DNA from: a virus
Lineage: Duplodnaviria > Caudoviricetes
Reading direction: 5' to 3' (one strand)
IMG/VR virus record: IMGVR_UViG_3300036766_001627
Location: 1-61,509 of that record
Length of the DNA stretch: 61,509 nucleotides
A model generated the notes under the pieces. It was not told the DNA's origin. It searched no databases and saw nothing but the letters and a program-made list of their open reading frames with translations. Position 1 is the first letter of the stretch; each line of letters opens with the position of its first letter. Positions 36,280-46,338 of this stretch are shown here, in pieces. The position numbers and the translations under genes are program-made.

Positions 36280-38014
36280 GAAGTGGAAAATTCAGCCCCG
36301 CACGGAAACCGATCTGCTCAACCAGCTCCTGGTTAATCGGAGCATATCGTCAGAAGCAGCAGAGGGATTCCTCAGACCCATGTTGGCCAATCTCCTGCAT
36401 CCGCACGGCATCAGCAACATGGCCAAGGCCGCCAATCGCATCTACGCCTCTGTGAGAGCAGGCCAGAAGATCGTCCTGTACGGCGACTACGACGTGGATG
36501 GGATCACCGGCACAGCCACGCTCCTCCGCGTGATCCGGTATCTGGGCGGCAACGTAGATTTCTACATCCCAAACCGGGTAGATGAGGGCTACGGCCTCCA
36601 CGATGAATCCATCAACGCGATCATCGACGCCGGAGCCTGGCTGATCGTGAGCATAGACTGCGGCATCACAGCCGTCAGTCCCGCGATGATCGCCGCGGCC
36701 CGTGGCATCGACCTCATCATCACCGACCACCACCAGTGGAAGGACGAGCTTCCAGAGTGCTTCTGCATCGTCCACCCAAGTCTGTGCGAAGGAACATCGC
36801 GGTATGAGAATCCACATCTCTGCGGCGCGGGGGTCGCGTTTAAGCTCGCGTGGGCTTTGGGTCTCGCGGCGAGCAAAGGACCTCTCGTAAGTCACGGCTA
36901 CTCTAAACTTCTCCGCGACCTTCTGGCCCTCACTGCCCTCGGCACGATTGCTGATGTTGTTCCGCTCATCGGCGAGAACAGAGTGATTGTCAAGCACGGG
37001 CTGCATATGCTGCCGAGCACGCCCATCAGGGGCCTCAGCGCCCTTATGGAATCCGCGAAGCTCGATCCGCAGAAGGTGGATAGCGGCAACGTCGGCTTCC
37101 AACTATCACCACGATTAAATGCCGCGGGCCGCTTAGGTCACGCCGGCCTCGCTGTGAACCTCTTCATGGAAACAGAGCCGGCGAAGGCCCTCGTCTTGGC
37201 CCAGACCCTAACGGAGATGAACGAACGGAGGAAGGTGGAGGAGAAGCGGGTTGTGGGTGAGGCGGAGGAGATCGTCCTGACTTTAGGAGGAGCAGAGAAC
37301 CCAACAGATATCCTCGTCGTCGTCGGACCAAAAACTTGGCATCCCGGCGTGGTTGGTATCGTGGCCGCACGGCTGGCCGAGACGCACGAGCGGCCGGCCA
37401 TCGTGCTCGTCGAGGGCACTGAGTCCGCCGGCGGCTCCGGCCGGACCTTCGGTGGCTTCGATCTCACCGCGGCCATCGGAACATGCGCCGAACTCGTCAC
37501 CAGCTATGGCGGTCACGCAGCAGCCTGCGGCCTGAAGCTGCCCGTGGACAATGTGGGCGCGTTCCGACGTGCGATGTGTGGAGAATATCAGCGCCACCTG
37601 AAAACCTCAGTAGGGATTGCCGCGGAACTCGTCATAGATGCCGAACTGGTGCCGGACGATCTGACCGTCTCCACTGTCCTAGACCTGGAAGCTCTTGGTC
37701 CCCACGGCGCCGGCAACGCCCGGCCACTGTTCTGCCTCCGCGGCATCACCGTTGATGGTAAGAGGTCCATCGGGAAGAAAGGTGAGTACATCGTCTTCAA
37801 CGGCATCGCGGGCACGAAGACAGAACGGATCATCAAGTGCCTGTGCTTCAGGAGCGCCTGCCAGATGGCCTCGATCCCCGACGGGACTGTCATTGACGCC
37901 GTCGGCGAGTTGTCTCTGGACAAGTACGGCGGCAGCGAGAGCGTGTCGTTCTTCGTGAGGGAAGTGAGGGTCCGAGAACAAGATTCTATGTTCCAAAATC
38001 CAAAGATTTCTTGA
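36272..38014 (+). CDS. recJ: Single-stranded-DNA exonuclease RecJ
   Basis: YGDYDVDG, PNRVDEGYGL, DCG, TDHH, GTIADVVPL.GENR, PRLNAAGR, GGHAAACG. Confidence 0.95.
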   Translation: MSKKWKIQPRTETDLLNQLLVNRSISSEAAEGFLRPMLANLLHPHGISNMAKAANRIYASVRAGQKIVLYGDYDVDGITGTATLLRVIRYLGGNVDFYIPNRVDEGYGLHDESINAIIDAGAWLIVSIDCGITAVSPAMIAAARGIDLIITDHHQWKDELPECFCIVHPSLCEGTSRYENPHLCGAGVAFKLAWALGLAASKGPLVSHGYSKLLRDLLALTALGTIADVVPLIGENRVIVKHGLHMLPSTPIRGLSALMESAKLDPQKVDSGNVGFQLSPRLNAAGRLGHAGLAVNLFMETEPAKALVLAQTLTEMNERRKVEEKRVVGEAEEIVLTLGGAENPTDILVVVGPKTWHPGVVGIVAARLAETHERPAIVLVEGTESAGGSGRTFGGFDLTAAIGTCAELVTSYGGHAAACGLKLPVDNVGAFRRAMCGEYQRHLKTSVGIAAELVIDAELVPDDLTVSTVLDLEALGPHGAGNARPLFCLRGITVDGKRSIGKKGEYIVFNGIAGTKTERIIKCLCFRSACQMASIPDGTVIDAVGELSLDKYGGSESVSFFVREVRVREQDSMFQNPKIS

Positions 38015-38045
38015 CAAGTCAAAGGAAGTGTGTTATATTTTCTCC

Positions 38046-38579
38046 ATGAACCAAAACAAACTTTTCCCTGGAAGACCCAACTACACAGGACCAACAAGCG
38101 GGTGGTTTGGTCTTCTTCATCACGACCTTCTGTATGAAGAATCTCACGATGTGCATGAGCGTGTAGAGTACGTGAAGAAGAACAAACCAGAGCAAGAAGT
38201 TGAGACCAGACTTCACAACATGATCTTCATTGATCCTGTTCTGTGTCCTTCTGTATTGACTAACAAGGCCAAACGTGAACCGCTGTACGCCGACTACGAG
38301 GCAAAACGTAAACCGCTGTACGCCGACTACAAGGCAAAATGTGCCCTGCTGTATGCCGACTACGAGGCAAAACGTAAACCGCTGTATGCCGACTACGAGG
38401 CAAAACGTAAACCGCTAGAGGCCGACTACAAGGCAAAACGTAAACCGCTAGAGGCCGACTACAAGGCAAAATGTGCCCCGCTTGATGTCAAGATCGAACA
38501 GTATATAAGAAGTCAGATACCGGATTGTGCCTGGAACGGGACAAATTTGGTATTTGACAAACCCTTAGAAGTAAGGTAG
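38046..38579 (+). CDS. Protein with 11-aa tandem repeats (KRKPLYADYEA)
   Basis: About six 33-bp tandem repeats at ~38265-38480; own leaderless promoter. Confidence 0.7.
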   Translation: MNQNKLFPGRPNYTGPTSGWFGLLHHDLLYEESHDVHERVEYVKKNKPEQEVETRLHNMIFIDPVLCPSVLTNKAKREPLYADYEAKRKPLYADYKAKCALLYADYEAKRKPLYADYEAKRKPLEADYKAKRKPLEADYKAKCAPLDVKIEQYIRSQIPDCAWNGTNLVFDKPLEVR

Positions 38580-38587
38580 AGTACAAC

Positions 38588-38848
38588 ATGGCACTACAGA
38601 TTGCTCCCAGAAACAAGATAGGTGTAGAGAAGCGAGGGGAGAGTGCATACTGGCCCGTCTATCGTACTGCATCTACCTCCTTCCAGAAAGGCGCTGAGAG
38701 GCCACTGGAGATCAAGCTCCTCCCCAAGCATATCGAGATCAGGGTCGTGGGCTTGAAAGAGCAAGCATATACGATGCCCTATGAAGCGATCTTGAACCAG
38801 GCAGTGGAGGCGGAAGTAAAGCACCGCATCCGAAGGAGTTCACTATGA
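38588..38848 (+). CDS. Hypothetical protein
   Basis: ATG 5 nt after TTGACA-17-TAGAGT. Confidence 0.55.
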   Translation: MALQIAPRNKIGVEKRGESAYWPVYRTASTSFQKGAERPLEIKLLPKHIEIRVVGLKEQAYTMPYEAILNQAVEAEVKHRIRRSSL

Positions 38849-39090
38849 ACAGTTGCCGGAATGCCTTCAATCACTACGCTTTCCAGGAAGATATGTCGTC
38901 CCTGAGAGCGGGAGATGTTGTTATCTTCAACGGAGAGTTCTTCATCCGACTGAACACGGTGGACTTCCATGACCCAGTGTTTGTCCACGTCCGTACAGGA
39001 GACCTGTGCGGGGTTAATCGTGTCAGGGATGAACAGAACAACAGGTGGTTCGCTCGGGCGTGGGGAGAACTCAGCTTTAAATTCACATGA
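38845..39090 (+). CDS. Hypothetical protein
   Basis: Coupled ATGA overlaps with neighbours. Confidence 0.5.
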   Translation: MNSCRNAFNHYAFQEDMSSLRAGDVVIFNGEFFIRLNTVDFHDPVFVHVRTGDLCGVNRVRDEQNNRWFARAWGELSFKFT

Positions 39091-39374
39091 TAGGTTTTAA
39101 CATGGACACCCTATATGCCCGCCTCAGCGATGCCCGTATCTTCACCTGCACATCAGGCTGCTACTTCGTCGGCGCCTTCCTGCTGGAAGAAGATGTCTAC
39201 GTGGTCTACAGAGGAACAAACAGAGTGGATTGCCTGACGACAATCCTCAGTTTCGTCGGAACACCGGCGCCGCGAGAGCTGCGTAGAGACATGATGGCCG
39301 GCAGCTACGACCCCAAACCCGAAGACTGGGAATCCGAGCACCTGCTCGGGTCTCCGAAGAAAGAGAAGATATGA
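39087..39374 (+). CDS. Hypothetical protein
   Basis: Coupled ATGA overlaps with neighbours. Confidence 0.5.
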   Translation: MIGFNMDTLYARLSDARIFTCTSGCYFVGAFLLEEDVYVVYRGTNRVDCLTTILSFVGTPAPRELRRDMMAGSYDPKPEDWESEHLLGSPKKEKI

Positions 39375-39970
39375 AATTGGAGAAGATCATCGCTACGATC
39401 TGGATCACCGCGACTATCTTGGCAATTCTGCTAGCCACTGTCGTCTTGGGTGGATGCGCCGCCGGCCCCGGTACGGGTGTACCGGACAGCATCCCGCTCA
39501 TCGGCGGGACCGTCTATAAGGCGCAAGCCCATGTCGATAGCGCGGAACGGCTCGTGAAGGCGGCTGAGCCGGAGAGCAATATTACTGGAAAGAAACTTCT
39601 GGAAGCGGCCTCTGCCGAGCACGGGGCCGCGGGGGTCGAGCTGAAGATCGCGGAGACGCAGCTTGCGACCGCGGAGGCCGAGAGAACCAGAGTTGAGAAG
39701 AAGTACGGGATCGTAGCGGATGAGTTGACAAAGGTTAAGGCTGGCTGGGGGTACAGGCTGCAGGTCCTCGTCGCCCGCCTGTTCTGGATCATCGTGATCC
39801 TCGTCGGCCTCCACTACATAGGCGGCGCGGCGGCCCTGTTCATCCCAGGACCCTTCGGTGCCGGCCTCTCAGTCATCTCCCGCCTCGTGAATCCTGGGGC
39901 CTGGGCCTCAACTATCTTCGACAACTTGCACTTCCGCGGCAAGACACCTAGTGCGACGCCTATACAATGA
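39371..39970 (+). CDS. Lipoprotein with coiled coil and C-terminal TM (spanin-like candidate)
   Basis: Signal peptide plus lipobox VLGG-C; hydrophobic LFWIIVILVGL segment. Confidence 0.55.
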   Translation: MKLEKIIATIWITATILAILLATVVLGGCAAGPGTGVPDSIPLIGGTVYKAQAHVDSAERLVKAAEPESNITGKKLLEAASAEHGAAGVELKIAETQLATAEAERTRVEKKYGIVADELTKVKAGWGYRLQVLVARLFWIIVILVGLHYIGGAAALFIPGPFGAGLSVISRLVNPGAWASTIFDNLHFRGKTPSATPIQ

Positions 39971-40226
39971 GCTGGATCGGATCAAAACTTCACTGGTTCG
40001 CCGGATGCCGTTTCGACTATCGTCGCATCCCGCCCAATCCCGCGTCCGGCCGGATCGGCGACTGCATCCGCCGATGCCGAATCTGTGGAAGAACCCAGAT
40101 CGGCTTCAGATCGCACAACACGCCGGCCTCTCAAGGCCAGACATTCTGGCCCCGTATCACCCTGCACGGTGACATATCGGCTGATATCTGGGCCGAGTTG
40201 ACTCAGCCGCAAGCCGGACCTAAGAT

Positions 40227-40514
40227 ATGAATGTGGACGAAAACTTTTTTCTCTTAGGCCTAACCATAGGAGCACTCATCATGGGACTCGGACTCACGCC
40301 ACTTGTTACCAGGTTCCGAAACATCGTCGTCGGCTTCCAGAACACGATCTCCACGCAGGCAATGGAAGTTCAGACCTTGAATACCAAAGTCGATGACCTC
40401 ACAGCACAGCTCGCGGCCGCAGTGGCTGCTGCCGCGGACCCGGCCGATGTCCAGGCCGCCGCGGACCTTACGGCCTTAGCCGATGCGGTCGAGACCGGAA
40501 ATCCTATACCGTAA
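40227..40514 (+). CDS. Small TM/coiled-coil protein (paralog 1)
   Basis: LGLTIGALIMGLGLTPLV motif shared with the next ORF. Confidence 0.55.
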   Translation: MNVDENFFLLGLTIGALIMGLGLTPLVTRFRNIVVGFQNTISTQAMEVQTLNTKVDDLTAQLAAAVAAAADPADVQAAADLTALADAVETGNPIP

Positions 40515-40523
40515 GGAGGCAAA

Positions 40524-40820
40524 TTGCCACTCGGCGACACGATCTTCGACAATGTTATCTCGTTCCTGGATGATCCGAGTGCCGACAAGGACTCGTTCAT
40601 CCGCGGTTTCATACTAGGAGGCGCTGTTATGGCCCTTGGACTCAAACCAGTAGTGGATCAGGTGAAAACGATATTCGCTAACAAGGACGCGACGATCCAG
40701 CAGCTCAGCGACCGTCTGGCGACAGCCAACGCGAACGCGATCCTGCCCGTGGATCAAGCAGCGTTTGACGAACTCGTCACGGCGGTTGCTGTCGAGAACG
40801 CCCTGCCGCCGGTACCATGA
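40524..40820 (+). CDS. Small TM/coiled-coil protein (paralog 2)
   Basis: AAGGAGG RBS with TTG start; GFILGGAVMALGLKPVV. Confidence 0.55.
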   Translation: MPLGDTIFDNVISFLDDPSADKDSFIRGFILGGAVMALGLKPVVDQVKTIFANKDATIQQLSDRLATANANAILPVDQAAFDELVTAVAVENALPPVP

Positions 40821-41096
40821 ACGGCAAAGGATCATCCCGGCGCCCGATGCAGATCAGCCGAGAGGAGTTCGACCGGCGTTGGTCGAAGATTTTTCTGACA
40901 ACGCAGAAAAGCATAGAACGGAAGCACCGGACCTCATCTTCTGCATCACGGCCGCGATCATCGTAGCGGCCATGATCCTGCTCGTTCTGTCTACGGGTTG
41001 ATTGGAGAGCAATCCTGCTCTATAATGAGCACGTAACGGTGCTCTCTCCCCGGCCGGCCCGCAGCATTCTGCGCGGGCCGGTTCTATAGGTGCTAT

Positions 41097-43166
41097 ATGG
41101 CCATACCTTCAGTCTCTCTCCTGCCCAGAACCATCACCGGACCTCCAGGGCTTCCCGGCCGGCCCGGTAGAGATGGAGCAGCCGGAGAACCCGGCACGGC
41201 TGGAGCACCGGGTCTCAACGGTTTGCCCGGCGCCAAGGGGGAATCGGGTGCCGACGGCCTCACATGGCGCGGCGAATACAGCGGTCGAGTTCCCTACACC
41301 CCCGGCGATGTCGTGTTCTTCCACGGATCGAGTTTCGTCTGCACGCATGACGTATTGGGCGCAATTCCCACGACGGCGAACTACTGGCAGGTGCTCGCCC
41401 GCGAGGGCGCTGCCGGAGCTGCCGGAGCTGCCGGAGCTGCCGGAGCTGCCGGAGCTGCCGGAGCTGCCGGAGCTGCCGGAGCTGCCGGAGCTGCCGGAGC
41501 TGCCGGAGCTGCCGGAGCTGCCGGAGCTGCCGGAGCTGCCGGTTTTGAGTTCATCTACAGCAACGATATCACGGGTGCCGATCCTGGCAGCGGCAAGCTC
41601 GCCTTCGACAGCCTGACACCCGCGGCGATCACGTTCTCAAGCATCTCAGGAACCGACAACCTCGCGCAGGTCATCTACAGTGAACTCATCACCTGGGACG
41701 ATTCTACCTCTTCGATAAAGGGAACGCTCATCATCTCTGCGAAGAGCGATCCCACGAAGTTCCTGATCTTCCAGGTTATTGGGCTGGTCGAGAACACAAC
41801 ATATGCACAGATTTACTTCAGCCTGCTCGCCGCATCTGGCACAATGTTCGTCGATGGAGATGAGGTGTTCGCACAGTTTGCGCGAGCCGGCGATGCCGGT
41901 ATCGGATTCCGTGAGTTGCTAAACTGGGATGCAGGCAGTAACTTTCTAATCAACGACGTTGTGAGCTATCTCGGAAGTAGCTGGGTGGCCATCGCGGACA
42001 ACCTGAATGCGATTCCCGATCAAGACCCCCTGTCTTGGCAGCCTTTTGCTTTGGGAAATGGTCCGGGATTCCCGTTCTTCTCCACCTTTTCAAACACCTC
42101 CGCCACCGATCCTGGCTCTGGTTTCTACAAGTTCAACAGTAATACGGCAAACACAGCGGTCACGAAGCTCTTCATCTCGAAGACTGCTGCCAACACCCAG
42201 TCAATCGGCACGCAGATTCTCACATGGGACGACTCGACAAGCACAGTCCGCGGATACCTGAAGTTTGAGATGATTGGAACGCAAAACATCTGGGCCATCT
42301 ATAGCGTCTCAGGTGCATCCACGGACCACGGAACATGGGTAGAAATCCCGCTCACCTATATTACGAGTTTTATCGGCAGCGGGATGATTACAGGAGATGG
42401 AGCATCCTTCGACATCAACTTCAGCCGAACGGGAGATAAAGGAACAACGGGCGCAACGGGTGCAACGGGCACGAATGGCACGAATGGCACGAATGGGACC
42501 AACGGAACCGATGGCACTAGCTTCGTCTGGAGAGGCCTCTACAGTGCCGGAACCACATATGCTGTTGATGATGTTGTTGAGTTCAGCGGTTCGAGTTTTA
42601 TAAGTTTGCAGGCAGCAAACATAGGCAACCAACCAGATATATCCCCGACTTTCTGGGACCTTCTGGCTCAGAAGGGCACGAATGGCACGAATGGCACGAA
42701 TGGCACGAATGGCACGAATGGCACGAATGGCACGAATGGCATCAGCGCCGGTCTCACTTATACCTACAGCACAACCACCACGGCCAGTGACCCCGGAAGT
42801 GGTGTCTTCCGCTTCGACTCCGCGACCCTCGCGTCAGTTACGAAGCTCTACATCTCAGAGACAGACGGGGACACGAACGCCGTCGCGGCCGTGCTCGCAA
42901 CCTTCGACGACGGCACCAGCACTATCCGCGGCCGCATCCGGGTGGTGAAGAAGAGCGATCCCACGAAGTTCTTCATCGCGGACATCACCGGCACTCTCAC
43001 GGACAACGGCACTTGGGACACATTCGATCTCACGTTCGTCGGCGCGAGCACGCTGGCCGACACGGATATCGTGACCATGATCTTCATCCCAAAGGGTGAT
43101 AGCGGTGACGCGAGCACACAATTGACCCATCCGCAGGTGATGAGCAGGATCAGTATAGGAATTTAA
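41097..43166 (+). CDS. Collagen-like fibre protein with repeated beta domains
   Basis: Gly-X-Y runs; three W.G.Y/W...DVV...GSS modules; three DPGSG...TWDDSTS.I/V.G domains. Confidence 0.8.
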   Translation: MAIPSVSLLPRTITGPPGLPGRPGRDGAAGEPGTAGAPGLNGLPGAKGESGADGLTWRGEYSGRVPYTPGDVVFFHGSSFVCTHDVLGAIPTTANYWQVLAREGAAGAAGAAGAAGAAGAAGAAGAAGAAGAAGAAGAAGAAGAAGAAGFEFIYSNDITGADPGSGKLAFDSLTPAAITFSSISGTDNLAQVIYSELITWDDSTSSIKGTLIISAKSDPTKFLIFQVIGLVENTTYAQIYFSLLAASGTMFVDGDEVFAQFARAGDAGIGFRELLNWDAGSNFLINDVVSYLGSSWVAIADNLNAIPDQDPLSWQPFALGNGPGFPFFSTFSNTSATDPGSGFYKFNSNTANTAVTKLFISKTAANTQSIGTQILTWDDSTSTVRGYLKFEMIGTQNIWAIYSVSGASTDHGTWVEIPLTYITSFIGSGMITGDGASFDINFSRTGDKGTTGATGATGTNGTNGTNGTNGTDGTSFVWRGLYSAGTTYAVDDVVEFSGSSFISLQAANIGNQPDISPTFWDLLAQKGTNGTNGTNGTNGTNGTNGTNGISAGLTYTYSTTTTASDPGSGVFRFDSATLASVTKLYISETDGDTNAVAAVLATFDDGTSTIRGRIRVVKKSDPTKFFIADITGTLTDNGTWDTFDLTFVGASTLADTDIVTMIFIPKGDSGDASTQLTHPQVMSRISIGI
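41409..41543 (+). repeat. 9-bp tandem repeat (GCTGCCGGA)x15
   Basis: Direct reading (last copy ends GGT); encodes (AAG)15. Confidence 0.95.
42675..42737 (+). repeat. 9-bp tandem repeat (GGCACGAAT)x7
   Basis: Direct reading; encodes (GTN)7. Confidence 0.95.
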
Positions 43167-43525
43167 TGCTCACGCTCGATACCATCACCCGCAGCCTGAT
43201 GGTGAGCCTGAAAGTGGCAGTCACTACCAACCAGCTCCACGTAACTGTCTCATACGCTGACCACACGAACACTACTTTTGTGCCCAAAACTACACTAATT
43301 CTGACCAACAACACTGCCGACGTTGTCGTCATGCCCGCTCCGCCGGCTAGTACGCAGCGTCAGATGAAGTACATCAGTGTCTTCAACGCGGACACGAAAT
43401 CCGCCACTGTGACGATCAAGATCGACGACAGTGGTGTCAAGAAGACGCAGGTTATTGCTACTCTTGCCGTTGGCCATTCTCTGGTGTATAATGACCATGT
43501 GGGGTGGACCGTGCTGGCACTATGA
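43166..43525 (+). CDS. Fibre-associated protein, stand-alone adaptor domain (paralog 1 of 4)
   Basis: MxxLDTxxRSL...QL.V...YAD.T...QR..KY..VFNADT domain. Confidence 0.7.
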   Translation: MLTLDTITRSLMVSLKVAVTTNQLHVTVSYADHTNTTFVPKTTLILTNNTADVVVMPAPPASTQRQMKYISVFNADTKSATVTIKIDDSGVKKTQVIATLAVGHSLVYNDHVGWTVLAL

Positions 43526-44424
43526 TTATACTCGATACCGCTACTCGATCCCTGGAGATACTGCTCGCCGCGGTGCCGACGACGCAGTTGCCCGTCGTTG
43601 CCTGCTATGCGGACAACACGAGTACCGCGTTCACGCCAGCCACAACCACCGCCACTACGAACAGCTCGACGGCTGTAACGATTGTAGGATCGCCGTCAGG
43701 CAGCCCTCTGCCGCAGCGGGTGGTGAAGTTCATCAACGTATTTAACGCCGACACCGCCGCGGCCACCATCACAATCCAGTACAACGACAACGGAACTCTT
43801 CAGAAGCTCGTCGTCTTCACCCTGGCCGCCGGCGAGAGCCTGGAGTATTCTGAGAAGGGCGACTGGTATGTCGTCGGCACCTGCGGGCAGACCCGGACGA
43901 TGAACATCGCGGAGTCCAACGAATCCTTCTTCCCCTATCTATCAACACCCATTGCACCGGGAGCGGGAGGTCTTGCCCTGACTTCGGCAACAAGTTATGC
44001 TACTTATCTTGCCACCGCCGAGAGAGCTTATGCTAATGCCTCCGTGAATGTGAAGGTGACGCAGAGTCCAAGCGGTTCTGTTGTCTCGGAGATCGCAATC
44101 CTCAAAGGCAGTGTTGTTGTCGCGGGAAATCCCTCACTTACGCTTGTGAACTATCTGGATGTCTCCAGCATCATCATAAGCAATGCGATGCAGACCCTCT
44201 CCATCTCGCTGAGCGGGATCGTTGCGGGGGATCAACTCTGGGTGTGTATCTACGCAAGCTGGGTCTCGCTTGCGTTGGGAATGATGAACCTAAACTATAC
44301 GGGCGATGTTGTGACGGGATTCTTCGCTAGTGCCGCGAGCACTCGGCCTTCCACGATGGCAGCACCTACTACTTTCACGGCGATCAATACCTGTCCAATC
44401 TGGGCGGCGGTGAAATTTCAATGA
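43522..44424 (+). CDS. Adaptor domain + variable C-terminal beta domain (paralog 2)
   Basis: Same N-terminal ~115 aa domain; C-terminal LSGIVAGDQLW. Confidence 0.7.
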   Translation: MIILDTATRSLEILLAAVPTTQLPVVACYADNTSTAFTPATTTATTNSSTAVTIVGSPSGSPLPQRVVKFINVFNADTAAATITIQYNDNGTLQKLVVFTLAAGESLEYSEKGDWYVVGTCGQTRTMNIAESNESFFPYLSTPIAPGAGGLALTSATSYATYLATAERAYANASVNVKVTQSPSGSVVSEIAILKGSVVVAGNPSLTLVNYLDVSSIIISNAMQTLSISLSGIVAGDQLWVCIYASWVSLALGMMNLNYTGDVVTGFFASAASTRPSTMAAPTTFTAINTCPIWAAVKFQ

Positions 44425-45317
44425 TCCTAGACACAGCAAATCGCTCCCTGATGGTGACTCTGCTAGCTAACGTCATTACGACGCAGCTACCTGTTGTTGT
44501 CGCATATGCTGACCACACCACAACCACCCTCACGCCGGGCGCGAACCAGACGAACACCAACAACACAACAGACACAGAGATTCTCGCGGCGCCTGCCGGC
44601 TCAACACAGCGTCAGCTCAAGTACCTCAATGTCTTCAACGTGGACACGGCCGCGGCCACCGTCACTATCAAGTACAACGACAACACCACGAAACGCATTC
44701 TGCTGAAGGTGACACTGGCCGTCGGCGAGAGCCTAGTCTTCAGCGACGAGGACGGATGGTCTATCAGCGGCACATCTGGTCAGACGAAGACCGTGTTCTT
44801 CGCTGCGCCCGGATCACTCGATGCAAAGTGGCTACTGTTTCCGTCTCCGCCCAACGCCGGGACACTCACGCTCATCGACCAGACCATATATGCGCACTAC
44901 ATCGCCACGGCTCGGAAGCCCTGGACGAGCTGCGTCCTCATGTTCCGCCCCACAACGGCGGCCACGAGTATAACATGGGCAGAAGCGGCTGTGCTGAAGG
45001 GAACTCCGACGCTGAATGGAAATCCTTCGTTGACATCCGTAGGCACGGCCGACATAAGTGCCGTCATAAACGGCACGGGCATCAAGTCAGTAACTATCAC
45101 GCTCAGCGGCATCGCGGTCGGAGACAACCTATGGCTCGCCATCGCCAGCAACAGCACCGGCACTGATGCCGTCCTGAGAACTTTGAACTACACGGGCGAC
45201 GTAGCGAGCGGGCTGTGGGTGACTAAAACGAGCAGCCGGCCCAGCACCCTCGCGGCCGGCACGACGTTCACTGCCCAGAGCACAGTACCACTATGGATGG
45301 CGGCGATCTTCAGCTAG
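44421..45317 (+). CDS. Adaptor domain + variable C-terminal beta domain (paralog 3)
   Basis: Same N-terminal domain; LSGIAVGDNLW. Confidence 0.7.
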   Translation: MILDTANRSLMVTLLANVITTQLPVVVAYADHTTTTLTPGANQTNTNNTTDTEILAAPAGSTQRQLKYLNVFNVDTAAATVTIKYNDNTTKRILLKVTLAVGESLVFSDEDGWSISGTSGQTKTVFFAAPGSLDAKWLLFPSPPNAGTLTLIDQTIYAHYIATARKPWTSCVLMFRPTTAATSITWAEAAVLKGTPTLNGNPSLTSVGTADISAVINGTGIKSVTITLSGIAVGDNLWLAIASNSTGTDAVLRTLNYTGDVASGLWVTKTSSRPSTLAAGTTFTAQSTVPLWMAAIFS

Positions 45318-45323
45318 GAGAAT

Positions 45324-46262
45324 ATGCTCTTCCTCGACAACGTAAATAGAAGTTTGGAGATCAGCCTGGGCATGGCGGCCGTAACGACGGAGCTACCTTG
45401 GGTGGCCTGCTACGCCGACAACACAAGCACAACCTTCACACCCATATCCACAAACGGGGTGACGACCGGCGCAAGCATAGTTACGGTCGTCGCGGCACCC
45501 GCGGCCTCGACGCATAGGCAACTCCGATACTTCTCCATCTACAACGCCGACACAGAACCGGCCATCGTCCTCGTGCGCCTCAACGACAACGGGACGCGGT
45601 ATACGCTGGTCCAGGTAAGTCTGCTGCCCGCGGAGACCCTGTGCTTCTCCAAGAAGATCGGCTGGCACACCCTCACAACCATCGGGGAGCGGAAGCTCCG
45701 GTCGTACCAGCCACACGGCATGAACGATGTGTGTATCCCAGAGCAATCTAATCCAAGTACAGCGGCCACTTACGCTCACTCCAGCAACAATTCCTCTCTT
45801 ATAACCCTGTATCTGGGCGTCGCGGCGAGAGAATACCGAAGCTGTGTTGTCGCATTCAGAACTACTGTAGCGGCCGTCACAGTCTCTTACGCCGAGATGG
45901 GGATAGTACGCGGTGAGCCGCCTGTGCCTCTTGCTACGAACAGCGGTATGGTAATGACTCCACAACTCCTGGGATTCGCCGATGTAACTACTCCTATCAC
46001 GGCCGTTGCGGGCATCCAAACTGCGGCCATAAATCTATCAGGTGTGAAGGTGGGCGACCACCTGTGGATTGGATGGATCGTCAAGGCATCTACGGGTCCG
46101 ACGTTCCGCGCGATGCTCAACACAACCCAGACCTTTAGCCCATTCACCGGAGCCTCTTTACAACCGACAGGGGGCCAGACATTCCGTCTAAGTCTCATGC
46201 CGAGTGGGCTGATTGTTGGTGCCGGCGCTACACTGCCCTGGTTTGTTGCGCAGTTCACATAA
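45324..46262 (+). CDS. Adaptor domain + variable C-terminal beta domain (paralog 4)
   Basis: Same N-terminal domain; LSGVKVGDHLW. Confidence 0.7.
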   Translation: MLFLDNVNRSLEISLGMAAVTTELPWVACYADNTSTTFTPISTNGVTTGASIVTVVAAPAASTHRQLRYFSIYNADTEPAIVLVRLNDNGTRYTLVQVSLLPAETLCFSKKIGWHTLTTIGERKLRSYQPHGMNDVCIPEQSNPSTAATYAHSSNNSSLITLYLGVAAREYRSCVVAFRTTVAAVTVSYAEMGIVRGEPPVPLATNSGMVMTPQLLGFADVTTPITAVAGIQTAAINLSGVKVGDHLWIGWIVKASTGPTFRAMLNTTQTFSPFTGASLQPTGGQTFRLSLMPSGLIVGAGATLPWFVAQFT

Positions 46263-46338
46263 AAATGCAGGAAAGCGGATGTCGCGTAGACCCCATTCCT
46301 GGAACCACGTAGTTACGTCCGCCCTCCTGCAAGCCGGT
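46261..46338 (-). ncRNA. Candidate small structured RNA
   Basis: Minus-strand TTGACA-16-TATAAT (46371-46344), ~16-bp stem with G-U pairs, then a T5 run. Confidence 0.45.
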
